Source: Bacillota bacterium (GTDB lineage: Bacteria; Bacillota; Dethiobacteria; DTU022). From it: 62,183 nt of DNA. Under the pieces are notes generated by a model. It worked only from the letters and a program-made list of their open reading frames with translations. It ran no database searches and was not told where the DNA came from. Position numbers and translations under genes: made by a program. Where the stretch lies: positions 1 to 62,183 of the forward strand of contig JBNJHN010000004.1 of NCBI GenBank assembly GCA_051748565.1, given 5' to 3'. Position 1 is the stretch's first letter; every line of letters begins with the position of its first letter. Positions 26,247 to 34,515 of the stretch are shown in pieces.

Positions 26247-29200
26247 ATGCCTGACATTCAAAAAATGCGAAAAGAACATAAGACCTTGCAAGAATTCTCT
26301 TTCAAGCCTGTTCCGCTGGAGCAGGGCTATGCCAACCGCGTACTGCGTATCGACTTGGATTTAAATAAGATTAATACTGACGTTGTTACCCGGCAGATGA
26401 AAGAACTCTGGACAGGAGGTAAGGGTTTTGACCTCTGGCTGACTCTGCAGGAAATTAACAGTAATACAAAATGGGACAGCAATAATAACACGCTCTGCTT
26501 TTCATCCGGCCCTCTCGGAGGGACGACATCCTTTCCAGGCTCGGGTAAAACAATTGTCACCACAATCTCACCACTTACCAATCTGATTATTGACAGCAAT
26601 GTGGGCGGTTACTTCGGGCCCTATCTCAAGTTTGCCGGGTTCGATGCTTTGACAATTATCGGTAAAGCAAAGGAAGATATCATTATTCTAATTGATGCCA
26701 AAGCAGGAAAAATCAGCATTGAAAGCGCTCCCCTGGAAAGCGTCGATTCCCACCTTGTAGCAGAAGAGCTGACCGAAATGTATGCAGATAACGATATTGA
26801 CAAAAAAAATATTGCCGTTGTCTCATCCGGTCAGGCTGCGGAACACTCGCGCATGGGGGTTCTTAATTTTTCTTTCTGGGATTGGCGCAGGGGAACAGCT
26901 CGCTTAAAGCAGGCCGGGAGGGGAGGGGTAGGTACCGTATTCCGCAATAAAAACTTAAAAGCGCTCGTTATAAAAAACAGGAATTTCAGCCCTTCATGGC
27001 GGGTGGAAGAAAACACGGTCGCCTCCCTGGTCACTCCTTCAAAAATATATACACAAGAAAACGTTGAAGATTTATATGAGCTCAAATCGATAATCGAAAA
27101 TTGGGGCAGTGATCCCGAATATGTTATTGAAATAATGCAGGATGTACAGGACCGTTTCAAGTATATTTCGAAAACCGCAATCGATTTGATTTGCAGCCAT
27201 ACCGGAACTCCGAAAGCAGCTATTTACCATATAGCAACCTTTTATAAATCATTCAGCCTGGAACCGAGAGGTGAAACCCTGATTCAGGTCTGCGTAGGGA
27301 CAGCCTGCCATGTCAGGGGAGCACATAATGTTCTGACTTCTTTTGAAAGGGCTTTGGGTATCAAAGATGGTGGAACAACTGCCGACAAAAAATACAGCCT
27401 GGAAGGAGTGCGCTGTCTGGGCGCCTGCAGCATCGCCCCCGTTATTAAAATTGGCGACGAAGTTATTGGGAATGTCCAGGCGAAAGATGTTGAAAAGATC
27501 CTGAAGACCTTCGCCGAAGAAACAAGGGAAGAGACCCTGAGTTCTGAAAAACCTTCCGGGAACGGCCTTGGAAAAATTAAAAAAGAAGATCTCGAAAAGA
27601 TCAAAATTGATCAGCAGGAAACAATGGCCAAATATAAAGGCGCGCTGATGGTCTGTACCGGAACAGGCTGTGTCTCGGCCAAAGGCTTAGATATTCGTGA
27701 CAAGCTGAAACAGGAGTTAAAGGCCAGAAACCTGGAAAAAGATTTCCTGGTTGTTGGCACAGGCTGCAACGGTTTTTGTGCTGTTGGTCCGATAGTGGTT
27801 GTCCAACCCCATGGAGTTTTCTACCAGAGGGTAAATGAAGATGATGTTAATGCAATCATAGACAGTCACCTGGTCAAAGGTGAAATTGTCGAACGACTGC
27901 TATACAAAGATCCGCAGTCGGAAAATGTTTTTAAACAAATGGACGAAATAGAATTTTTCTCCAAGCAGCAGTTAATCGCCCTGCGCAACAAGGGGCTTAT
28001 CGACCCGGAAAATATTGATCATTATATCGCCCGCGATGGCTACAAGGCGCTGGCTAAGACCCTGGAGATGGATTCTGACACTATCATCAAAGAAGTTATC
28101 GCTTCAGGCATTCGCGGCCGTGGTGGAGGCGGGTTCCCTGCTGGAATCAAGTGGCAGTCCTGTAAAAAAGCAATGGCGGAGAGGAGCGAAATATCCTATA
28201 TTGTCTGCAATGCCGACGAAGGAGACCCCGGGGCTTTCATGGACCGGAGCATTATAGAAACCGATCCTCACACTGTTATCGAAGGCATGCTCATTGCCGC
28301 GAAAGCACTTAAAGCCAGAGAAGGCTTCATCTATATTCGAAAGGAATATCCGCTCGCCCTGGAACGCCTCAGGAAAGCCCTGCAGCAGGCCGGGGACAGG
28401 GGACTGCTCGGCGACTCAATCCTGGGCACGGATTTCTCTTTCCATATTCATATCCACCGGGGAGCAGGAGCATTTGTCTGTGGTGAATCCTCCGCCCTGA
28501 TGGCCTCTATGTCCGGCAGGGCCGGGGAACCTCGGGCAAAATATATTCACAATGTCGAATACGGTTACCGCGATAAACCGACAGTTCTTAACAATGTAGA
28601 GACCTGGGCCAATATTCCGGTAATAATATTAAAAGGCGCCGACTGGTTCAGCTCAATCGGCACCGGCGATGTCACCGACAATCCCTGGAACGGATCAAGC
28701 GGGACAAAAGTATTTTCCCTGGTCGGCAATATTAACAACACCGGTCTTGTAGAAGTACCTATGGGAATAACCCTGCGTGATATGGTCTACAAAATCGGAG
28801 GTGGTATTCCGAACGGCAGGAAGTTTAAAGCGATTCAAACCGGCGGCCCTTCAGGCGGCTGCATTCCGGAAGATATGCTCGACATGGAAGTCGACTTCGA
28901 TTCACTTTCCCAGGCGGGCTCAATGATGGGTTCTGGCGGGATGATTGTTATGGACGATAAGACCTGCATGGTCGACGTAGCCCGCTATTTCATCAATTTC
29001 CTGATCGATGAGTCCTGCGGCAAATGTACCGCCTGCAGGGAAGGCCTCTTTGCTTTAAAAGGCATCCTGACCCGCATTACAAGGGGTGAAGGCCGGAAAG
29101 AAGGCTTGGAGCGCCTCAGAGAGCTTTCCGAAACCATAGCCAGGACTAGTCTATGCCAGCTTGGCGGTACAGCACCCAACCCGGTTTTAACCACCCTGAA

Positions 29201-29444
29201 CTATTTTCATGATGAATATGAAAAACATATAAAGGATAAAGAATGCCCCGCAGGGGTTTGCACTGAATTGATTATCTACTCGATAAACGATAATTGCACA
29301 GGTTGTGTACTCTGTGCCAAAAATTGCCCGACGGGAGCTATCAGTGGGGAGCCTAAAAAGCTCCATACCGTAAACCAGGATGACTGCATAAAGTGTGGAA
29401 TTTGCCTTGAATCCTGTAAATACAGTGCTGTGGAGGTAAAATAA
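26247..29444 (+). CDS. fusion protein: AOR-family N-terminal domain + NuoE/HydC-like + Trx-like [2Fe-2S] + NuoF/HydB-like + 2x[4Fe-4S]
   Basis: 1065 aa. Residues ~27-245 are AOR domain 1 ([48 protein letters not shown]). Next come [20 protein letters not shown], then [18 protein letters not shown], then [30 protein letters not shown] and [12 protein letters not shown]. The C-terminus has [12 protein letters not shown] and [11 protein letters not shown]. Confidence 0.88.
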   Translation: [1065 protein letters not shown]

Positions 29445-31450
29445 TGACGACAAAAACTACTCAGCAAAAAATAGAGTTGACCATAAATGGCAAAACAGCT
29501 ACCGTCCTGGAAGGCACTTATCTGCTGCAGGCGATAATGAATGCGGGATACACAGTGCCCACACTATGCCATCACAAGGACCTTATTCCTGACGGGACCT
29601 GCAGGCTATGCCTCTGTGAAATCGAAGTGAACGGCAAAAAAAAGCTGGTCACATCCTGTAACTATCCGATCCGTGAACCGGTTACCGTAGTTACTAATAC
29701 GGAAGAGATCAAGAGACACCGCAAAAACCTGGCCGAAATGTATTTAGGACGATGGCCGAACGTTGAAGTCATTCAGAATATAGCTAAAATTTGCGGTGCA
29801 TCCGATAGTGAAAAATACAGGAGCGAAATAACGGATGAAAATCCAAAAGCCTGTATTCTCTGTGGTCACTGCGTGCGGGCCTGTAGTTCGTTCATGATTC
29901 AAAACATCCTGGGGTTTGCCGGACGCGGCATCAAGCGCCATATCACAATGCCTTTTGGTGATGTCGATCCCTATTGCGTCGGCTGCACCTCATGCGCACA
30001 CGTCTGTCCAACCGGAGCAATCCAGATCACCGATGAAATGAACAACCCGGTTGATCCTGATCTGATTCGCCGTCACGGTATGAAGGTCAATGCCGAGATG
30101 GCCACTCTCGATAAACTGCAAAACCGCATGCGGGAGGTGGGAACGGCCAACATTGTTGAGGTTATGGATGCGTACGACCTGCTTCCGGTTCATAACTTTA
30201 AATTTGGCAAACATCCCGATACCCATAAAATAGATTCAAAGGTTATGAAAAATGAATATTTCACCCAGGGCGCTTCTGATGCCTGCTGGATGGGCTGCTC
30301 GATGGCCTGTGCCAAGGCTGTCGATGGTTTTAAATTGAAAACCGGACCTTATAAAGGACAAAAAGTCGTGGTTGACGGACCCGAATACGAAACAGCCGCC
30401 GGCGGATCCAACATGGGCTGCTTCGATCTTGACTTTATCGTTGAATACAACTTTTACTGTGATACCTATGGTGTAGATACCATCTCTTTCGCCACCACAA
30501 TGGCCTTTGTCATGGAAGCCTATGAAGCAGGTATCATAACCAAGGACCACACCGGTGGCAAAGAACTTAAATTTGGATCCACAGAAGAAGCGCTCGAGTG
30601 TCTGCACGAGATGGCACGGGGCAAAGGTTTTGGTGTTGATGTCGGGCAGGGAGTGCGGTGGTTAAAAGAAAAGTGGGTTAAAGAATACGGCGCCGATCCC
30701 GATTTTCTCCAGGATATCGGTATGGAAGTAAAGGGCCTTGAATTTTCGGAATACGTTTCCAAGGAATCACTCGCCCAACAGGCCGGTTATTCCATGGCCA
30801 TCAAAGGGCCCCAGCACGATGAAGCCTGGCTGATTTTTATTGATATGGTTAATAACCAGATCCCATCTTTTGAAGATAAGGCCGAAGCGCTTTACTATTT
30901 TCCGCTTTTCAGGATCTGGTTTAGCCTGCTCGGTTTGTGTAAAATCGTCTGGAACGATGTTGCGCCTGCCGACAACAGCAAATATCCGCCTCAGGAAGCA
31001 GCAAAAATACCTGAGCATGTTGAAAACTACTGGAAGTTTTTCGAAGGAATGACCGGAAAACCTATCGATGAAAAGGAAATGCTCTTACAGGCAGAGCGAG
31101 TTTTTAATTTGCAGAGAATCATGAGTTATTATCTCGGTTACGGCACCAGGAAAGATGATATTCCTCCGCTCAGGGCAATCGGGCCTGTTACCGAGGAAGA
31201 ATACCTGTCCCGCGAAGAACGCTATGACAAGCAGATGAAAGAGCTGATCGGCATCGATCCCGAAGGCAAATCAGTTAAAGAAAAGCTGGCCATTACCCGT
31301 GAATTCCGCTACAGACAGTATAATAAAGTGCTCGATGCCGCTTATAAGCGCCGTGGATGGAATGAGGAAGGTATTCCTACCATCGAGCGGCTGAAACAGA
31401 TCGGAATCGATATCCCGGAAGTTCTAGCCATGCTGGAGAATACCGGTTAA
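29444..31450 (+). CDS. fusion protein: NuoG/HydA-N-like [2Fe-2S]+[4Fe-4S] domains + AOR-family domains 2-3 (pterin/[4Fe-4S] catalytic part)
   Basis: 668 aa; the start overlaps the upstream stop (TAATG). The N-terminus has CRLCLCEI, CILCGHCVRAC and CVGCTSCAHVCPTGAI. From residue ~225 it has GTANIVEVMDAYDLLPVHNFKFG, DACWMGCSMAC, DGPEYETAAGG, YCDTYGVDTIS and LGLCKIVWND (AOR C-terminal domains). Confidence 0.88.
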   Translation: MTTKTTQQKIELTINGKTATVLEGTYLLQAIMNAGYTVPTLCHHKDLIPDGTCRLCLCEIEVNGKKKLVTSCNYPIREPVTVVTNTEEIKRHRKNLAEMYLGRWPNVEVIQNIAKICGASDSEKYRSEITDENPKACILCGHCVRACSSFMIQNILGFAGRGIKRHITMPFGDVDPYCVGCTSCAHVCPTGAIQITDEMNNPVDPDLIRRHGMKVNAEMATLDKLQNRMREVGTANIVEVMDAYDLLPVHNFKFGKHPDTHKIDSKVMKNEYFTQGASDACWMGCSMACAKAVDGFKLKTGPYKGQKVVVDGPEYETAAGGSNMGCFDLDFIVEYNFYCDTYGVDTISFATTMAFVMEAYEAGIITKDHTGGKELKFGSTEEALECLHEMARGKGFGVDVGQGVRWLKEKWVKEYGADPDFLQDIGMEVKGLEFSEYVSKESLAQQAGYSMAIKGPQHDEAWLIFIDMVNNQIPSFEDKAEALYYFPLFRIWFSLLGLCKIVWNDVAPADNSKYPPQEAAKIPEHVENYWKFFEGMTGKPIDEKEMLLQAERVFNLQRIMSYYLGYGTRKDDIPPLRAIGPVTEEEYLSREERYDKQMKELIGIDPEGKSVKEKLAITREFRYRQYNKVLDAAYKRRGWNEEGIPTIERLKQIGIDIPEVLAMLENTG

Positions 31451-31469
31451 TGCACAGGGAGATTATTAA

Positions 31470-31670
31470 ATGATCATTGTAAACAACAAAGAAAAACTGG
31501 AATGGCACGAAGGGATGACCGTCCAGGATGTGCTGGATAATATGGGCTTTGTCTATCGCCGTATAACAGTCAGTGTAAACAATCAGCTGGTGCCGAAGGA
31601 AGATTACGAGACTCATAAGGTGCCAGACAATGCTGATGTCAATGTCTTTCATCTGGCCCACGGCGGATAA
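31470..31670 (+). CDS. ThiS/MoaD-family sulfur-carrier-like protein
   Basis: 66 aa, beta-grasp sized. The C-terminus ...VFHLAHGG is followed directly by the stop codon, which is the diagnostic Gly-Gly end. Confidence 0.75.
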   Translation: MIIVNNKEKLEWHEGMTVQDVLDNMGFVYRRITVSVNNQLVPKEDYETHKVPDNADVNVFHLAHGG

Positions 31671-31710
31671 AACTGCAGAGGGACTCTTACAAATTTCACT
31701 TTACAGCCGG

Positions 31711-31729
31711 CCCCGGAAATTTTCCGGGG
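31711..31729. terminator. intrinsic terminator after the AOR/ThiS-like operon (palindromic, could act both ways)
   Basis: CCCCGGAAA-T-TTTCCGGGG is a perfect palindrome followed by TCGTGTTTATTTT. It lies between convergent genes. Confidence 0.65.
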
Positions 31730-31826
31730 TCGTGTTTATTTTCGGAAACCCGAGCCATCATGACCCGGGTTTGACCCAAAAGGTAAATTCTCAAGTGATC
31801 AAGAAAATGAAGAAGGATGCTGTCGA

Positions 31827-32057
31827 TTAAATTGACCAGGTGACGCGTGTATCACTTTTAACAGTCACAGCGATTTTACGTATGGCTAAAATGATCTTTT
31901 CCAGCTCATCCATATTTTTCGCTTCAACAAAAGCGATGATATCATCGGGTCCCGTTACAGCATGAGCCTGTTTAACTCCCTCAATAGCACGAACAGCATT
32001 AACTGTTTCAGACGGGGTTCTCCCCGCAGTACTGATAAATATATAAGCCGAGGTCAT
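31827..32057 (-). CDS. stand-alone Lrp/AsnC ligand-binding (RAM) domain protein
   Basis: 76 aa. AYIFI......V.AIEGVKQAHAVTGPDDIIAFVEAKNMDEL is the AsnC_trans_reg pattern, without an HTH domain. Confidence 0.7.
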   Translation of the reverse strand: MTSAYIFISTAGRTPSETVNAVRAIEGVKQAHAVTGPDDIIAFVEAKNMDELEKIILAIRKIAVTVKSDTRVTWSI

Positions 32058-32161
32058 ATCGATTCTTCCTTTCTATTGTTTAGTCTATCCTTTACTAAGT
32101 ATTTTAACTTTTGAAACAAATAAATGCAAACAATATTGGAATAAAAAGTTTATCCATAAAG

Positions 32162-32196
32162 AGTAACGGCAGGAGCCGGAAACCCCTGCCGTTACT
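32162..32196 (-). terminator. terminator of the tRNA operon
   Basis: A 12-bp stem AGTAACGGCAGG / CCTGCCGTTACT immediately downstream (minus strand) of tRNA-Lys. TCTTTAT follows it on the minus strand. Confidence 0.55.
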
Positions 32197-32207
32197 GTGT
32201 TTTCATG

Positions 32208-32283
32208 TGGTGAGCCATCCAGGATTCGAACCTGGGACACCCTGATTAAAAGTCAGGTGCTCTACCAACTGAGCTAATGGCCC
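32208..32283 (-). tRNA. tRNA-Lys (anticodon UUU), CCA encoded
   Basis: The reverse complement GGGCCATTAGCTCAGTTGGTAGAGCACCTGACTTTTAATCAGGGTGTCCCAGGTTCGAATCCTGGATGGCTCACCA folds as a cloverleaf. The anticodon loop is CTTTTAA. Confidence 0.95.
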
Positions 32284-32289
32284 ATAATT

Positions 32290-32375
32290 TGGTGGAGAGG
32301 ACTGGATTCGAACCAGTGAAGGCGCTGCCAGCAGATTTACAGTCTGCCCCCTTTGGCCAACTTGGGTACCTCTCC
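32290..32375 (-). tRNA. tRNA-Tyr (anticodon GUA), long variable arm, CCA encoded
   Basis: The reverse complement runs GGAGAGGTACCC...GCAGACTGTAAATCTGC + long variable arm + ACTGGTTCGAATCCAGT CCTCTCC A CCA. The anticodon loop is CTGTAAA. Confidence 0.92.
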
Positions 32376-32386
32376 ACTTCTACTAT

Positions 32387-32461
32387 TGGAGCCGACGGTG
32401 GGACTCGAACCCGCAACCTGCTGATTACAAATCAGCTGCTCTTCCGTTGAGCTACGTCGGC
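32387..32461 (-). tRNA. tRNA-Thr (anticodon UGU), CCA encoded
   Basis: The reverse complement runs GCCGACGTAGCTCAACGGAAGAGCAGCTGATTTGTAATCAGCAGGTTGCGGGTTCGAGTCCCACCGTCGGCTCCA. The anticodon loop is TTTGTAA. There is one C-A mismatch in the T stem. Confidence 0.88.
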
Positions 32462-32491
32462 CGAACAATCATAGCCTTCCAAAGCATTATT

Positions 32492-32520
32492 AGTATAGCT
32501 TATTTAACAATATACGTCAA
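32492..32520 (-). promoter_or_regulatory. sigma-A-type promoter of the tRNA-Thr/Tyr/Lys operon
   Basis: On the minus strand: TTGACG - 17 nt - TATACT, ending about 30 nt upstream of the tRNA-Thr 5' end. Confidence 0.6.
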
Positions 32521-32539
32521 CACAACCTGGGAAGGAATT

Positions 32540-32569
32540 TTGCAATTATCACAAGAAAAAGCTTATAAT
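32540..32569 (+). promoter_or_regulatory. sigma-A-type promoter of the mtnP-mtnA-mtaD-surE(-rtcB) block
   Basis: TTGCAA - 18 nt - TATAAT, divergent from the tRNA promoter. Confidence 0.55.
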
Positions 32570-32614
32570 GAAAGAAGCATGCCCAAGGGATTTTTGATCA
32601 AAGGAGGCGACCTT

Positions 32615-33409
32615 TTGTCTGAGTTAAAAGTTGCAATTATTGGCGGAACAGGAGTATACAACCAATCTCTTTTGGAAAACGAAATCGAAATTTCTGTTGA
32701 AACAAGATTTGGAAGGGTTGTAATCCGGCAGGGAGAGTATCTGGGCCGCAGGGTATTTTTCCTGGCCCGCCACGGGGGAAAACACTCAGTACCTCCTCAT
32801 ATGGTCAATTACAAGGCAAATATTGCCGCCCTGAAAAAATTGAATGTCGATGCGGTAATATCTACAGCAGCCGTAGGTACACTTCGTCGGGAAATGTCTC
32901 CCGGGAGCAGGGTGGTAATCGACCAATTCATAGATTACACAAAATGCAGATCATTAACTTTTTACGAAGGAGAAGATAGCCTGGTTGTTCATACAGATGT
33001 AACTGAACCATATTGCCCTGAAGTAAGGGCGGCTATTTTGAGAGCAGGAGTCTCACTCGATCAAAATGTGATTGACGGAGGTTGTTATGTATGCTGCGAA
33101 GGGCCCCGTTTTGAAACACCGGCTGAGATAAAAATGATCGGACAATGGGGAGGAGATCTGGTGGGAATGACTAATCTCCCCGAAGTTGTCCTTGCCCGGG
33201 AAGCAGGCCTATGTTATGCAACAATAGCATTACCAACCAACTATGCCGCAGGTATATCGACGACTGTCCTGGATCACCAGGAAGTTCTTGAAGAGATGGA
33301 TAAGGATAAGGCAAATTTGGATAAGCTTATAGCTTCATGCGTTTCCGAAATCAAACCTGAACACAGTTGTAAATGCAAAGCTTCAGGCATACATTGGCCC
33401 TGGGAATAG
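32615..33409 (+). CDS. mtnP: S-methyl-5'-thioadenosine phosphorylase
   Basis: LKVAIIGGTGVY, FLARHGGKHSVPPHMVNYKANIAALK and MTNLPEVVLAREAG match the MTAP/PNP family. TTG 32615 lies 7 nt after AAGGAGG. The track start 32447 lies inside tRNA-Thr. ATG 32579 is an alternative start. Confidence 0.85.
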   Translation: MSELKVAIIGGTGVYNQSLLENEIEISVETRFGRVVIRQGEYLGRRVFFLARHGGKHSVPPHMVNYKANIAALKKLNVDAVISTAAVGTLRREMSPGSRVVIDQFIDYTKCRSLTFYEGEDSLVVHTDVTEPYCPEVRAAILRAGVSLDQNVIDGGCYVCCEGPRFETPAEIKMIGQWGGDLVGMTNLPEVVLAREAGLCYATIALPTNYAAGISTTVLDHQEVLEEMDKDKANLDKLIASCVSEIKPEHSCKCKASGIHWPWE

Positions 33410-33419
33410 GAGATTGAAA

Positions 33420-34478
33420 ATGGCCGAAAAAGCTGATTTGCCCACTTTGTACTGGGAAGATGGCATTCTTTACCTTCTCGACCAGCGCTATTTACCGCAT
33501 AAAACCGATTACCGGGCATGCAGGACTTACGTAGAAGTCGTAGATTCTATAAAAGAGATGTCGGTTCGCGGTGCACCTGCAATTGGAATCACAGCCGCTT
33601 ATGGGATGGCCTCAGCCGCCCGGGAAGCTCTGGCAAAAGGATTTAATTCGCCGCAATTGCTTGCTTATCTCAAAGAAGCTTCTGCCGGACTGCTTCAATC
33701 GAGGCCGACAGCAGTAAATCTTTACTGGGCACTTCAGCGAATAGATGCCTGGCTGGTTGAACATAGCAATGAAAAGCCTTCTTTTATTGCCGAAGGTTTA
33801 GAGGTTGAAGCTAAACGGATTCATGCTGAAGATATCGAAAATAACCGCCGCATTGGTTTATACGGCGCAGATCTCATTCCTGATAAAGCATCGATACTGA
33901 CTCACTGTAATGCCGGCGCCCTGGCTACCGGTGGGTACGGCACCGCCCTCGGCGTTATCCGTTCTGCAGCTGAACAGCGGAAGGATATCCATGTATTTAT
34001 TGATGAAACCAGGCCTCTTCTTCAGGGAGCGAGAATAACTGCCTTTGAGCTTCTCCATAATAATATTTCTGCCACCCTGATAACCGATAATTGTGCCGGT
34101 TCGGTTATGGCTCAGGGTAAAGTAGATCTTATAATAGTCGGTGCTGACCGCATTGCCGCCAACGGTGATACAGTTAATAAAATCGGCACCTATACCCTGG
34201 CCGTTTTAGCTTCATACCATAATATCCCATTTTATGTTGCGGCCCCGCTTTCCACTATTGATCCGGCAATTTTCGACGGATATGATATAACAATAGAAGA
34301 GCGTGCCCAGAAAGAGATAACGCATATTGATAATATCCTGATTGCTCCAGATGGAACAGTTGCTTATAACCCCGCTTTTGACGTAACTCCCGCTGCACTA
34401 ATCACAGCTATTATTACTGAAAAGGGGATAGTATCCAAGCCTGACAGCGAGAAGCTTATGAAACTGTTTCAGGATTAG
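33420..34478 (+). CDS. mtnA: S-methyl-5-thioribose-1-phosphate isomerase (eIF-2B alpha/beta/delta-like family)
   Basis: VRGAPAIGITAAYG, THCNAGALATGGYGTALGVIR and VGADRIAANGDTVNKIGTY are present. Confidence 0.88.
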   Translation: MAEKADLPTLYWEDGILYLLDQRYLPHKTDYRACRTYVEVVDSIKEMSVRGAPAIGITAAYGMASAAREALAKGFNSPQLLAYLKEASAGLLQSRPTAVNLYWALQRIDAWLVEHSNEKPSFIAEGLEVEAKRIHAEDIENNRRIGLYGADLIPDKASILTHCNAGALATGGYGTALGVIRSAAEQRKDIHVFIDETRPLLQGARITAFELLHNNISATLITDNCAGSVMAQGKVDLIIVGADRIAANGDTVNKIGTYTLAVLASYHNIPFYVAAPLSTIDPAIFDGYDITIEERAQKEITHIDNILIAPDGTVAYNPAFDVTPAALITAIITEKGIVSKPDSEKLMKLFQD

Positions 34479-34515
34479 TAAAAAAGATCAATTGTATCAC
34501 TGGGAGGCAAATATT

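Noticed and set aside
32447-32614. Track ORF 32447..33409 begins 168 nt upstream of my mtnP start.
   Set aside because: Its first codons lie inside tRNA-Thr (32387-32461) and run across two promoters. The conserved MTAP sequence starts at LKVAIIGGTG, right after an AAGGAGG RBS and TTG 32615.
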